Shown in pieces: positions 9,538 through 23,249 of a DNA stretch of 64,000 bases (positions are counted from its first letter, which is position 1; every line of letters begins with the position of its first letter). Below the pieces are notes generated by a model that was given only the letters and a program-made list of their open reading frames with translations, made no database searches and was not told where the DNA came from. This stretch comes from an uncultured Candidatus Actinomarina sp. Its GTDB lineage: Bacteria > Actinomycetota > Acidimicrobiia > Actinomarinales > Actinomarinaceae. Both the position numbers and the translations under genes were made by a program. The stretch spans positions 508 to 64,507 of the forward strand of contig CACDUI010000005.1 in assembly GCA_902555985.1 (NCBI GenBank). The letters are read 5' to 3'.

Positions 9538-10146
9538 TTAATTTTGTAATATCTCCCAGTCGGGATGGTCTTGCCATTTTTGAGGATTTTCTAAAATATC
9601 TTTTAATTCTAAAATCATATATTTAATTTCAGTATGTAAATCTATTCCATAATCACCTTGGTTTCTACCAAGTAATCCACTTTTCCATCCACCTTTAAGA
9701 TTTCCTTCAACAGCTATAAAAGATTGAGTTTCATGAATTACACGCAAAATTAATTCTTGGAGTACTCGAGCATCCTCTTTAGGAAAGTAACCTAAAGTAT
9801 TTTCTTTCATGTGAAGTTTAGGATTTCTTACTGAAACTGCGTACTTATCAAATTCATTATTGACTTCTGGTATGAGAAGTAATAGATCTATATGTGAGTA
9901 ATTAGATTCTTTTGACTTTTTCCCAAATGCTTTTATAAAATTTTTTTGGACAAAAGATTCTCCAACAACGTCTTCATAAGAAAGTTTATTACCATCACTA
10001 TCTTCACTATCAAGCATGATTATATTATTGCCACCGCCTGGACTTTTTTTACCTGTTGTTGGCCATATCATTTTATCAATAAGTTCTGCTCTGCTTCTGT
10101 ATTCAGCTTGAGACAACCATTTTGATTTTTTTGAGAAAAATTTCAT
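9538..10146 (-). CDS. HIRAN-domain protein (cargo of the 5S-integrated element)
   Basis: VVGES, LIPEVNNEFDKYAVSV (HIRAN L.PE..N..D..AV.V) and LGYFPK motifs; own extended -10 TGATATAAT 6 nt before ATG. Confidence 0.75.
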   Translation of the reverse strand: MKFFSKKSKWLSQAEYRSRAELIDKMIWPTTGKKSPGGGNNIIMLDSEDSDGNKLSYEDVVGESFVQKNFIKAFGKKSKESNYSHIDLLLLIPEVNNEFDKYAVSVRNPKLHMKENTLGYFPKEDARVLQELILRVIHETQSFIAVEGNLKGGWKSGLLGRNQGDYGIDLHTEIKYMILELKDILENPQKWQDHPDWEILQN

Positions 10147-10175
10147 ATTAAAATTATATCATCTTTTTATAATGA

Positions 10176-10200
10176 GAAACTGAGCCAAAACTGAGCCAAA
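10176..10200. repeat. 25-bp direct repeat copy 2
   Basis: Identical to 9508-9532. Confidence 0.95.
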
Positions 10201-10225
10201 TTCTGTAAAAGTTAATCAATTAAAT

Positions 10226-10255
10226 GAAAAAACCCCGATTTCTCGGGGTTCTTTC
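10226..10255 (-). terminator. Intrinsic terminator after 5S rRNA (probably element-supplied)
   Basis: Minus strand AACCCCGA-gaaa-TCGGGGTT followed by a U-run. Confidence 0.85.
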
Positions 10256-10261
10256 TTAAAA

Positions 10262-10379
<118 letters not shown>

Positions 10380-10423
10380 TCAACTTCTTAAAAATTCTAT
10401 AGCAAGCGCTCAAGCTCAGTATT

Positions 10424-13484
<3,061 letters not shown>

Positions 13485-13522
13485 TATATGAATACTTTGC
13501 AATTGCGCTTGCTATACAATTT

Positions 13523-13563
13523 TCAAAAAGCCAATTTGACTTTTTCACAGCTGAGTAAAGTAT
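13523..13563 (-). promoter_or_regulatory. ITS boxA-like element and 16S processing-stem arm; no tRNA in the ~130-bp ITS
   Basis: TCAAAAAGCCAATTT occurs at 13523-13537 and again in the leader at 15327-15341; CTGAGTAAAGTAT (13551-13563) is the reverse complement of ATACTTTACTCAG (15311-15323). Confidence 0.7.
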
Positions 13564-13616
13564 CAGTCTTGTAGACAACCGACGATTGACCTTAGAACCG
13601 AAGTTCTATGCTCCTT

Positions 13617-15141
<1,525 letters not shown>

Positions 15142-15348
15142 ATAATCTTTGAATAATTTAAATCTGACCAAAGAATCAACATGGGTTTTACCCATTTCAA
15201 CTTAAAAAAGTTGAATCAACTTAATGAAAAGTTGACAAAATATTTGTCTACTTAGTTAAAAGTCGACAAAAAAAGAGTGCTAGATATTTCTATCTGCACT
15301 ACCGGCGTTCATACTTTACTCAGTTGTCAAAAAGCCAATTTTTTTCGT

Positions 15349-15377
15349 AATATATACAGTAACAGGTCTCTGATTAA
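15349..15377 (-). promoter_or_regulatory. Putative rrn promoter (TTAATC-N17-TATATT)
   Basis: Sigma-A-like hexamers with 17-nt spacing just upstream of the boxA-like leader. Confidence 0.45.
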
Positions 15378-15390
15378 GTGTGTAAAAAAT

Positions 15391-16563
15391 TTAATTAAAA
15401 GTGAAAAATGTTCTTTTACCTATTTGAAGTGTCTTATTCAATAATTTATCAATTTTTATGTCAAGACCTGTATATTTTTCGTCACTTATCTTAAAACTAC
15501 CAGATGTAATTAACCTTCTTGCTTCAGAATTTGATTTTGTAAGGCCATTTTCTGTTAAAACTTTGGGTAAATGTACTTCGCCTGTTTTATCTATGGTGAA
15601 TTGTTGTATATCTTTAGGTGCATTTTTGTTAATAGTTATATTTTCAAATGAAGTTTCAGCTATATTTGCATCCTGGTCGCTATAAAGTTCAGTAACAATA
15701 AGTTTGCCTAATAATTTTTTTGCATTAAATGGATTTTCGTTATCATTATTTATGGATTTTTTTAAATCTTCTATTTCTAATAAATCTAAATCAGTTAACA
15801 TTGTAAAATATTCCCACATTACTTCATCAGGTATACTCATAATTTTTCCATAAATATTTTCTGGATCATCAGAAATTGATATGTAGTTATCTAATGATTG
15901 TGACATTTTCTTTGAGCCGTCAGTACCAACTAAAAGAGGAAATGTCATTGCTACCTGTGGTGTCTTTTTATAAAATTTTTGAATTTCTCTGCCAAGCATT
16001 AAATTCCATAATTGATCATGACCACCTATTTCAATATCAGAGTTAACTGCAACTGAGTCATATCCTTGAAGAAGAGGATAAAAGAATTCCATTAACGATA
16101 TAGGTGAATTACTAGAATATCGAGTAGAAAAATCTTCTCTTTCTAGCATTTGTGCAAGAGTTGTGGATGATGCTAAGTTGATAAGATCAGAACTAGATAA
16201 TTTAGATAACCAATCTTTATTCGATACTATTTCAAGATTTTCTTTATGAAGGATATTTTCAATTATTGGCAATACACCTTCAGAGTTTTTACTAATTTCA
16301 TCTGTGTTAAGTTGGGTTCTCATTTCAGATTTTCCAGAAGGATCACCAACTTGCGCAGTAAATTCTCCAAGTATTAATACTGCAGTATGACCATACTCTT
16401 GAAATTTTCTTAATGCTCTTAAAATTGCATACCAGCCTAAGGTAACATCTGGAGCAGTTGGGTCAACTCCAAGTTTTATACGTAAAGGTTTTTTAGATTT
16501 TAATAATTCATTAAAATCGTCAAGAGGACTAATCGCACTTGCACGTTCTTGAAGATATTTCAT
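15391..16563 (-). CDS. tyrS: Tyrosine--tRNA ligase
   Basis: KLGVDPTAPD, GDPSGK, YPLLQGYDSV, GGHDQ, KMSQS motifs and C-terminal S4 domain; ATG at 16563 preferred over 16587. Confidence 0.95.
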   Translation of the reverse strand: MKYLQERASAISPLDDFNELLKSKKPLRIKLGVDPTAPDVTLGWYAILRALRKFQEYGHTAVLILGEFTAQVGDPSGKSEMRTQLNTDEISKNSEGVLPIIENILHKENLEIVSNKDWLSKLSSSDLINLASSTTLAQMLEREDFSTRYSSNSPISLMEFFYPLLQGYDSVAVNSDIEIGGHDQLWNLMLGREIQKFYKKTPQVAMTFPLLVGTDGSKKMSQSLDNYISISDDPENIYGKIMSIPDEVMWEYFTMLTDLDLLEIEDLKKSINNDNENPFNAKKLLGKLIVTELYSDQDANIAETSFENITINKNAPKDIQQFTIDKTGEVHLPKVLTENGLTKSNSEARRLITSGSFKISDEKYTGLDIKIDKLLNKTLQIGKRTFFTFN

Positions 16564-17135
16564 TTTAAAATTAAAGAGTAACGCCAAAGATGCTTGTCAT
16601 TCCTTTTAGCATTCTTTCTTTGTTTAGCTACTGCTCTGTCTAAAGGATGAATTCTTGGTGATAAATTAATAATTCCAGATAGAATATTTTCACCATCTAA
16701 GCTTTTATCTATACCTAGACTTTTAGTTATATTTCCTGGACCATTTAATTTATCAAATTTCATTTTTGTTTTTCTTCTTTTTTCAATATGTTTTTTACCC
16801 AATAAAATTACTGATGACCTTATTAAAACTGCTTCAGCAGAACCTTTTTTACCACAAAGTAAAAAAAGTCCTTTATTTGAACCATAAGAACGAAGCACTG
16901 CGACATGTGGTGGCCCCAAAGTTATTGAGGTTGGTATATTTTTATAAGTATTAAGTAATGCCATTTTGTCAGTTGATTTTCTTCCATAAGCTTCTGTCTC
17001 GGTAATCATTAATTCTACAAATTTGTTATCTATAGAAGTAGACAGTCTCATTCCAAGTAAATCCACTGCAGCTTTAGAAGCAGATTGAGACAGTGTTTTT
17101 AGAACTCTATTATTTAAACCATTAGGTTGCATCAT
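16560..17135 (-). CDS. DNA-3-methyladenine glycosylase (MPG/AAG family), divergent
   Basis: ITETEAY, AVLIR, NGPGNIT..LGI, SPRI, WRY motifs; usual neighbour of tyrS in actinobacteria. Confidence 0.8.
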   Translation of the reverse strand: MMQPNGLNNRVLKTLSQSASKAAVDLLGMRLSTSIDNKFVELMITETEAYGRKSTDKMALLNTYKNIPTSITLGPPHVAVLRSYGSNKGLFLLCGKKGSAEAVLIRSSVILLGKKHIEKRRKTKMKFDKLNGPGNITKSLGIDKSLDGENILSGIINLSPRIHPLDRAVAKQRKNAKRNDKHLWRYSLILK

Positions 17136-19494
17136 TACCGCTCTTATTTAATTTAATTGAGTATTTTGATTGAACATTTTCAACAATCATATCTAAAATA
17201 TCACCACTTTCAGTGTCTGTATAAGTCTTGTTATAGTTTCTCGTAACTATTCTAATTCCTAAATTTCTAGATTTCTCATTTCTGAAATTGTCAAATATTG
17301 ATATTTTATTTTCATTGTTTGGCAATAGAGTTTCTATATATTCAATAAGTTCTGAAGCTCTGAAATCATTTTTAACAGAAAATGATAAATCAAATTTAAT
17401 AAACGGGAAAGATGATAGAGGTTGATATTTAATAACTTCAACTTCATTTAAATTAAAGTTTTCAGTATTAATTTGCATAATATAAAGTGAGTTATCTAAA
17501 TTAAAAGAAGACTGCGCTTTATATGATAATTTACCCATAAACCCGATAATCTGATTGTTTAATTTCAATATATATGAATAGTTTTTATGAAAACCTGGTC
17601 TTGAAATTTGTTCAAACTGAACTTGTGGGAATAGCAATTTTATAAAATTTGTTAATGAATGAATATCATTGTGAATCAATTCTCCACGAGAGTCTGTATT
17701 GGTTTCGTATTCAGGAATTAAAAAGCCAAGAGAATATTCCTGATTAGGAATGTTTTTATATAATTTATGTTTACCGTCATCGTATATGTTATTTATTTCA
17801 TAGTATTTGTGAGATACAGAGTTGTTTTCATAATTATATTTGTAAGTATTTATCAATGAGAAAAGTAAATTTGTTCTTAAATTTTCTTGTGTTTGATCAA
17901 TCGGGTTAATAACAGTAACTGGATTTTTTTCAGGTGAAAATATTTTATTTGACTCGCTATCCGCAAAAGACAATGTTTGTATTTCATAAAAATTATTAGA
18001 AGATAATAATTCTGAAATATATTTACGCTTATACCAGTATTCTCCTTTATTGTTTAAATTATTACCAACTGGAAGTGTTGATTGAAAATTATTAAATCCA
18101 TAGTGTTTTGCTAATTCTTCAATTAAATCAATAGGCCTTTCTAAGTCGTATCTCCAACTCGGAGATTTAAAGGTTATCTTATTACTAGTTACTTTTGATT
18201 TAATTTGTAGTTGAGATAATGTATTTTTAATAAAATCATCGCTCATCTCTACTCCTAATATTTTAAATATATCATCTTTATCAAAAGTAACTTCTTCATA
18301 AGAAATACTCTCTTTTTTACTTGATGATATTTTAGAGTAATAGATGTTTTGATCATTTTTAAAAACTGAAATAAACCTTTCAAGTCCTTTATTCTGTAAT
18401 TCATAATCTATTCCTCGTTCAAATCTAATTGATGCATCTGAAATTAAATTTAATCTACGAGAGGTTTTCATTATTGAAACTTTATCAAAGTATGCACTTT
18501 CAATTAATAAATTTTTAGTAGATTCTGTAACTTCACTATTATATCCTCCCATTACACCGGCTAGAGCAATGGGTGTGTCATTGTCTGTAATTATTAGATC
18601 TTCATTCGATAATTTTCTAGTTTGTTCATCAAGAGTTTTTAATGTTTCGTTATCTTTTGCTTTTCTAACTGAAACAGTGCCAAACAGTTTGTCTCTATCA
18701 AATGCGTGTAGAGGTTGACCTATGTCATGAAGTACATAGTTCGTATAGTCAACTACATTGTTTATAACCCTAACGCCAACAGAAGAAAGCCTGTATCTAA
18801 CTTTTATATCAGAATCAGTAATATCAAAATTTTCTATTTCAACTGATAAATACGAGTTGCAAAATTTAGTTTTACCGCTGTTAACTTTTATTACATTTTC
18901 AATGTTTGGATCTAGTTTTATTTCATTTGATTTAATTGGTGTCTCGAAATATCTAGACAACTCTCTTGCTATACCTAAGTGAGACATACAATCTCCTCTA
19001 TTAGGAGTAACTCCTATTTCCCAGATTGTGTCAACTGATGAATAAATTTTGGCAAAGTCAGAACCAACTTTAGTATTTTCAGACAGTTTTAATATCCCAG
19101 CATGGTCATCCCATAGATCTAGTTCAGATGCAGAACAAATCATTCCATTAGATTCAACACCTCTTATATCGCGTTTTTCTATTTTGAATCCATCTTTAAT
19201 TTCACTATTTGGTAATGCAACTGGAACAATCGCATTTATATCAAAATTCCAAGCACCACATACTATTTCATATACTTTTGATCCAACATCAACTTTTGTC
19301 ACCCGTACTTTGTCTGCATTTGGATGTTCGTAAATATCTAATACTTTTCCAACAACAATGTTTTTATAATTGGGTATCTTATCGATTCTTGATTCTATTT
19401 CAAAACCAAGTGATTCTAAAGCATCTGATATCTCATTTGAATCTATATTTTCTATATCTATCCAGTCATTAAGCCAGGACTTAAGTATCTTCAT
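17122..19494 (-). CDS. pheT: Phenylalanine--tRNA ligase beta subunit
   Basis: HPNADK, IVCGA, RGVESNGMICS, TPNRGDCMS, GQPLHAFD, RFERGID motifs. Confidence 0.97.
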   Translation of the reverse strand: MKILKSWLNDWIDIENIDSNEISDALESLGFEIESRIDKIPNYKNIVVGKVLDIYEHPNADKVRVTKVDVGSKVYEIVCGAWNFDINAIVPVALPNSEIKDGFKIEKRDIRGVESNGMICSASELDLWDDHAGILKLSENTKVGSDFAKIYSSVDTIWEIGVTPNRGDCMSHLGIARELSRYFETPIKSNEIKLDPNIENVIKVNSGKTKFCNSYLSVEIENFDITDSDIKVRYRLSSVGVRVINNVVDYTNYVLHDIGQPLHAFDRDKLFGTVSVRKAKDNETLKTLDEQTRKLSNEDLIITDNDTPIALAGVMGGYNSEVTESTKNLLIESAYFDKVSIMKTSRRLNLISDASIRFERGIDYELQNKGLERFISVFKNDQNIYYSKISSSKKESISYEEVTFDKDDIFKILGVEMSDDFIKNTLSQLQIKSKVTSNKITFKSPSWRYDLERPIDLIEELAKHYGFNNFQSTLPVGNNLNNKGEYWYKRKYISELLSSNNFYEIQTLSFADSESNKIFSPEKNPVTVINPIDQTQENLRTNLLFSLINTYKYNYENNSVSHKYYEINNIYDDGKHKLYKNIPNQEYSLGFLIPEYETNTDSRGELIHNDIHSLTNFIKLLFPQVQFEQISRPGFHKNYSYILKLNNQIIGFMGKLSYKAQSSFNLDNSLYIMQINTENFNLNEVEVIKYQPLSSFPFIKFDLSFSVKNDFRASELIEYIETLLPNNENKISIFDNFRNEKSRNLGIRIVTRNYNKTYTDTESGDILDMIVENVQSKYSIKLNKSGNDAT

Positions 19495-20486
19495 TAGAAT
19501 TGCTCCAGAAATCTTATATCATTATCATAAAAGTTTTTAATATGATCTATTTGATATTTCAACATTGCAAGACGTTCTATTCCAACACCCCATGCAAATC
19601 CTTGAAATTCCTCCGGGTATCCAACATGCTTTAAAACATTTGGATCAACCATACCGCAACCAAGTATCTCAAGCCATTCACCGTTTTTCCATTTGACTAA
19701 CACTTCAGCCGATGGTTCAGTAAATGGAAAGAAATGTGGTATAAATTTAGTTTCAATTTCACTTCCAAAGAATTGTTTTACGAAATATTCCAGAGTTCCT
19801 TTTAAATCTGTGAACTTCAGGTTTTTATCTATAGCTAAACCTTCTAGTTGATGAAATACTGGTGAGTGTGTTGCATCAAGCTGATCTGATCGAAAAACTC
19901 TTCCCGGTGCGACTATATAAGCAGGAGGATCATTATTTTCCATATGCCTTATTTGTACAGTACTAGTTTGTGTTCTTAACAATGTTTCAAGATTTGTATT
20001 TGTATATAGAGTATCTGATTCGTATCTTGCTGGATGCCAGTCTGGAGTATTTAGAGCATCGAAATTATGCCATGATGTTTCAACCTCTGGGCCATAAGCT
20101 ACTTTGTATCCTATAGATGAAAATATATCAACTACTTCATCCATTACTTGAGATATTATGTGTCTGTGTGTTCCCTTTTTGGTGACCCAATTTATTGTTA
20201 CGTCTTCATCTTCAGAGTCTTCAAGGTCAGAGTATTTTTTTTCAATAAAATCCTGCTTTGATTTTATAATTTTTTCTGATATTGATTTATTAATTTGATT
20301 AAGCTTCTCACCGTAACTTTTTTTATCTTCTTTGGAAAGAGTTGATAACTTCTTTCTTTCATCAGATAATAATGAATCTTTACCTAGATATTCTTTTGAT
20401 ATTTCATCAAATTCATTTTCTGAAATAACTTCATCTAGTCTAAGCCTTAAGGATGCTAAAACTTTGTCAAAGTTTAACTCAGCCAT
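19494..20486 (-). CDS. pheS: Phenylalanine--tRNA ligase alpha subunit
   Basis: NFDALN..HPAR, LLRTQTS, DATHSPVFHQ, FPFTEPS, GIERLAM motifs. Confidence 0.97.
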   Translation of the reverse strand: MAELNFDKVLASLRLRLDEVISENEFDEISKEYLGKDSLLSDERKKLSTLSKEDKKSYGEKLNQINKSISEKIIKSKQDFIEKKYSDLEDSEDEDVTINWVTKKGTHRHIISQVMDEVVDIFSSIGYKVAYGPEVETSWHNFDALNTPDWHPARYESDTLYTNTNLETLLRTQTSTVQIRHMENNDPPAYIVAPGRVFRSDQLDATHSPVFHQLEGLAIDKNLKFTDLKGTLEYFVKQFFGSEIETKFIPHFFPFTEPSAEVLVKWKNGEWLEILGCGMVDPNVLKHVGYPEEFQGFAWGVGIERLAMLKYQIDHIKNFYDNDIRFLEQF

Positions 20487-20838
20487 TTAAATTCTTTTTA
20501 GCTAGATCTACAAGTTTTTTAAAACCTTTAGGATCATTTACAGCTAAGTCTGCAAGAATCTTTCTATCAACTTTCACACCAGCATTATTTAATCCATTGA
20601 TAAATTTTGAATAAGGTAAATCGTGTTGTCTTGAAGCTGCATTAATTCTAGATATCCATAGTTTTCTAAAGTCAGCCTTTTTATCTTTTCTGTGGGTGAA
20701 TGCATCAGCACCTGCATGCATAACTTGTTCTTTAGCAGCTCTCAGTCTTTTACTTCTAGCACCCGTATAACCCTTAGCTTTTTTAAGAACTTTCTTTTTA
20801 CCTTTTTTACTTTGTACAGAACTTTTTATACGAACCAT
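20479..20838 (-). CDS. rplT: 50S ribosomal protein L20
   Basis: AKGY.G, FRKLWISRINAA, DRKILADLA motifs. Confidence 0.97.
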   Translation of the reverse strand: MVRIKSSVQSKKGKKKVLKKAKGYTGARSKRLRAAKEQVMHAGADAFTHRKDKKADFRKLWISRINAASRQHDLPYSKFINGLNNAGVKVDRKILADLAVNDPKGFKKLVDLAKKNLNG

Positions 20839-20840
20839 AA

Positions 20841-21029
20841 TTAACCTAACAACTTTCTTATTTTCTTACTATCTCCACTTGATGCTTCAACATCTCGTTT
20901 TAATCGTTTCCAAGTACCAGAGCTTTTCGCTAATTTGTAATGTGATCTATGAGACCTACGTCTCATATATTTTCCAGTACCAGTAACTTTTACTCTTTTT
21001 TTCATACTCTTATGAGTTTTTTTCTTCAT
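20841..21029 (-). CDS. rpmI: 50S ribosomal protein L35
   Basis: KTHKS..KRVKVTGTGK; lies between infC and rplT. Confidence 0.95.
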   Translation of the reverse strand: MKKKTHKSMKKRVKVTGTGKYMRRRSHRSHYKLAKSSGTWKRLKRDVEASSGDSKKIRKLLG

Positions 21030-21541
21030 TTCTTTCCTCCAAAAGGTGCAAGTACCATTGTTAAAGATTTTCCATCAGGACTAGAAGTTGATTCAATCAT
21101 CGCTATATCACTTAATTCTTCAACATAATTATCTAATACTTTTTGCCCAAATTCCGGGTGTTCTGCTTCTCTTCCTCTAAATCTCATAGTGAATTTTACT
21201 TTATCACCTGAATCTAAAAATTTTCTTGATTTGTTTAACTTAATCTTGAAGTCATTAGTATCAATTTTTGGTTTTAATTGAATTTCTTTTACAGAAATCT
21301 TTACTTGTTTCTTTTTAGATTCTTTAGCTTTTTGTGCTAATTCATATTTGTATTTCCCATAATCCATTAATCTTGCGACAGGTGGTTTACTTTCTGGTGA
21401 TACTTCTACTAAATCTAAATCTAATTGTTCAGCAACAATTAGTGCTTTTTTAAGTTCTAAGACTCCTATTTGTACACCATCTGGTGCAATTACGAGTAAC
21501 TTCTTCGAACGAATCGCTTCATTTATTTTTAATTCTGGTAT
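21026..21541 (-). CDS. infC: Translation initiation factor IF-3, probable non-canonical ATA start
   Basis: INEAIR, LDLVEV...PPVARLMDYGKYKY, FRGRE motifs; AAGGAG SD 5 nt before an in-frame ATA at 21541. Confidence 0.95.
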   Translation of the reverse strand: MPELKINEAIRSKKLLVIAPDGVQIGVLELKKALIVAEQLDLDLVEVSPESKPPVARLMDYGKYKYELAQKAKESKKKQVKISVKEIQLKPKIDTNDFKIKLNKSRKFLDSGDKVKFTMRFRGREAEHPEFGQKVLDNYVEELSDIAMIESTSSPDGKSLTMVLAPFGGKK

Positions 21542-21557
21542 TTCTACTCCTTTCAAC

Positions 21558-21585
21558 AAAAAAAAACAGCACGAAGCTGTTTTTC
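21558..21585 (-). terminator. Hairpin plus U-run just upstream of infC (attenuator or terminator)
   Basis: Minus strand AAAAACAGC-ttcgt-GCTGTTTTTTTTT. Confidence 0.7.
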
Positions 21586-21628
21586 AACCTTACTATTTTT
21601 CACAGTAGGTGGAACATTGTTCGCTTAA
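21586..21628 (-). ncRNA. L20 leader-like cis-regulatory RNA
   Basis: Minus strand TAAGC-GAAaatGTTC-type short stem, then CACC-stem-GGTT architecture, upstream of infC-rpmI-rplT. Confidence 0.55.
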
Positions 21629-21655
21629 CTTAAGTATACATACAATGTTAATTAC

Positions 21656-22057
21656 TTAGAGAAAAAGATTATTTAAAGCTGAAGCTGCTTCTGATCCTTT
21701 ATTTTTATTATCAGATATACGTTCATTAGCTTGTTCTAGATTCAGAACGTTTAAAACACAATTAGCAATATAAATGTTGTTATGAATGGTTAAATTTATT
21801 AAACCATCCGCAACACTTTTTGATATGTATTCGTAATGATCTGTATCACCCTTCACAATTACACCAATTGCGATAAATTTATCAAAACTTTTATTCTTTG
21901 ATAATTGATTAATTTTGTAAATAAGTTCCCACGCTCCATCAACCAAAATAACTTCTACATCAAAGGAAGGATCTAAATTATCTTTAGCACCATTTATGAG
22001 TCCTTCAGTTATATTTTCATAATAATTAGAACATACTAAAGCAACTTTATTCTTCAT
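21656..22057 (-). CDS. ribH: 6,7-dimethyl-8-ribityllumazine synthase
   Basis: VDGAWEL, IGVIVKGDTDHYEYI, NKGSEAA motifs. Confidence 0.94.
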   Translation of the reverse strand: MKNKVALVCSNYYENITEGLINGAKDNLDPSFDVEVILVDGAWELIYKINQLSKNKSFDKFIAIGVIVKGDTDHYEYISKSVADGLINLTIHNNIYIANCVLNVLNLEQANERISDNKNKGSEAASALNNLFL

Positions 22058-23249
22058 CGAAATTATGTCCCATTCTTGATTCTTTAGTTTCTAAATATTT
22101 AGAATTTTGCGGAGTTTTGTTTCCTAATAAAGGGGTTCTTTTTGTAATGCTTAATCCGTACCCTTCTAGCCCAGCTCTTTTTTGAGGATTATTTGTTAAT
22201 AAGTTCATTCTTTCTATACCCAAGGCTCTCAAAATTAAAGCTCCAGTACCATAATCTCTTTGATCATTTTCAAAACCTAGTTTTAGATTGGCATCTACAG
22301 TATCATCACCACTGTCTTGAAGTGAGTATGCTTTTATTTTATTACCTAATCCAATCCCCCTTCCTTCATGGCCCCTCATATATAAAAGAACACCTTTACC
22401 ATTATTAGAAATAGTATTTAATGCGTTAGACAACTGTGAACCACAATCGCATTTTGAAGAAAACAAAGTATCACCAGTTAAGCATTCTGAATGGACACGT
22501 ACCATAGTATCCTCACCATCCAAGTAATTACCAAGAGTTAATGCTATGTGTTCAGTATTGTCAATCGTATCTTTATATACATGACCTATAAAATCACCAT
22601 AATCAGTTGGAATATTAGATTTAGAAACAAATTCAACTGGATTTGAGCTATCTAAGCGATATTGTATTAAATCTTTAATTGTTCCAATTTTTAAATTATG
22701 TTCTTTGGAAAATTCAATTAAATCAGGCATGCGTGCCATAGTTCCATCATGGTTAATGATTTCACATATTACTGCAACTTCTTTGTGACCAGCAATACTA
22801 CATAAATCAATCGCTGCCTCTGTGTGCCCTGCTCGTCTTAGTACTCCACCATCCATTGCTTGAAGAGGAAATATATGTCCTGGTACATTAAAATCTTCCC
22901 TTGTTGAGTTTTCATCAAGTAGCCCTTTTATTGTTTTATGCCTATCATCTGCTGAGATACCTGTAGTTACGCCGTTTCCTTTTAAATCTACTGAAGCAGT
23001 GTACGCAGTTTGCATTTCATTATTAACACCTTGCATAAGTGGTAATTTTAATTTTTTTGCGATGTCTGATGAGATTGGTGCACACACTAATCCTTTACCA
23101 TACGTTATCATGAAATTAATATGTTCAGAAGTTAAGTGCTCTGCTGAAATAATTAAGTCACCTTCGTTCTCCCTATCTTCATCATCAACAAGAATTATCA
23201 TTTCACCATTTTTAAATGAGTTTATAATACTTTTTATATCAGTTATCAT
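22047..23249 (-). CDS. ribBA: Bifunctional DHBP synthase / GTP cyclohydrolase II
   Basis: DDEDRENEGD, RAGHTEA, RVHSECLTGD..S.KCDCG, EGRGIGL motifs. Confidence 0.96.
   Translation of the reverse strand: MITDIKSIINSFKNGEMIILVDDEDRENEGDLIISAEHLTSEHINFMITYGKGLVCAPISSDIAKKLKLPLMQGVNNEMQTAYTASVDLKGNGVTTGISADDRHKTIKGLLDENSTREDFNVPGHIFPLQAMDGGVLRRAGHTEAAIDLCSIAGHKEVAVICEIINHDGTMARMPDLIEFSKEHNLKIGTIKDLIQYRLDSSNPVEFVSKSNIPTDYGDFIGHVYKDTIDNTEHIALTLGNYLDGEDTMVRVHSECLTGDTLFSSKCDCGSQLSNALNTISNNGKGVLLYMRGHEGRGIGLGNKIKAYSLQDSGDDTVDANLKLGFENDQRDYGTGALILRALGIERMNLLTNNPQKRAGLEGYGLSITKRTPLLGNKTPQNSKYLETKESRMGHNFDEE

Noticed and set aside
9508-10200. AACTGAGCCAA repeats as a CRISPR array
   Set aside because: Only two 25-bp copies separated by a whole gene; no regular spacers and no cas genes.
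13485-13616. tRNA in the 16S-23S spacer
   Set aside because: The spacer is about 130 bp and is taken up by boxA-like and processing-stem sequences; no cloverleaf or T-loop motif.
15181-15299. Run of small inverted repeats (TCAACTT..AAGTTGA twice, and others) upstream of 16S
   Set aside because: Within the rrn leader, where stacked hairpins are expected; no evidence of an independent element.
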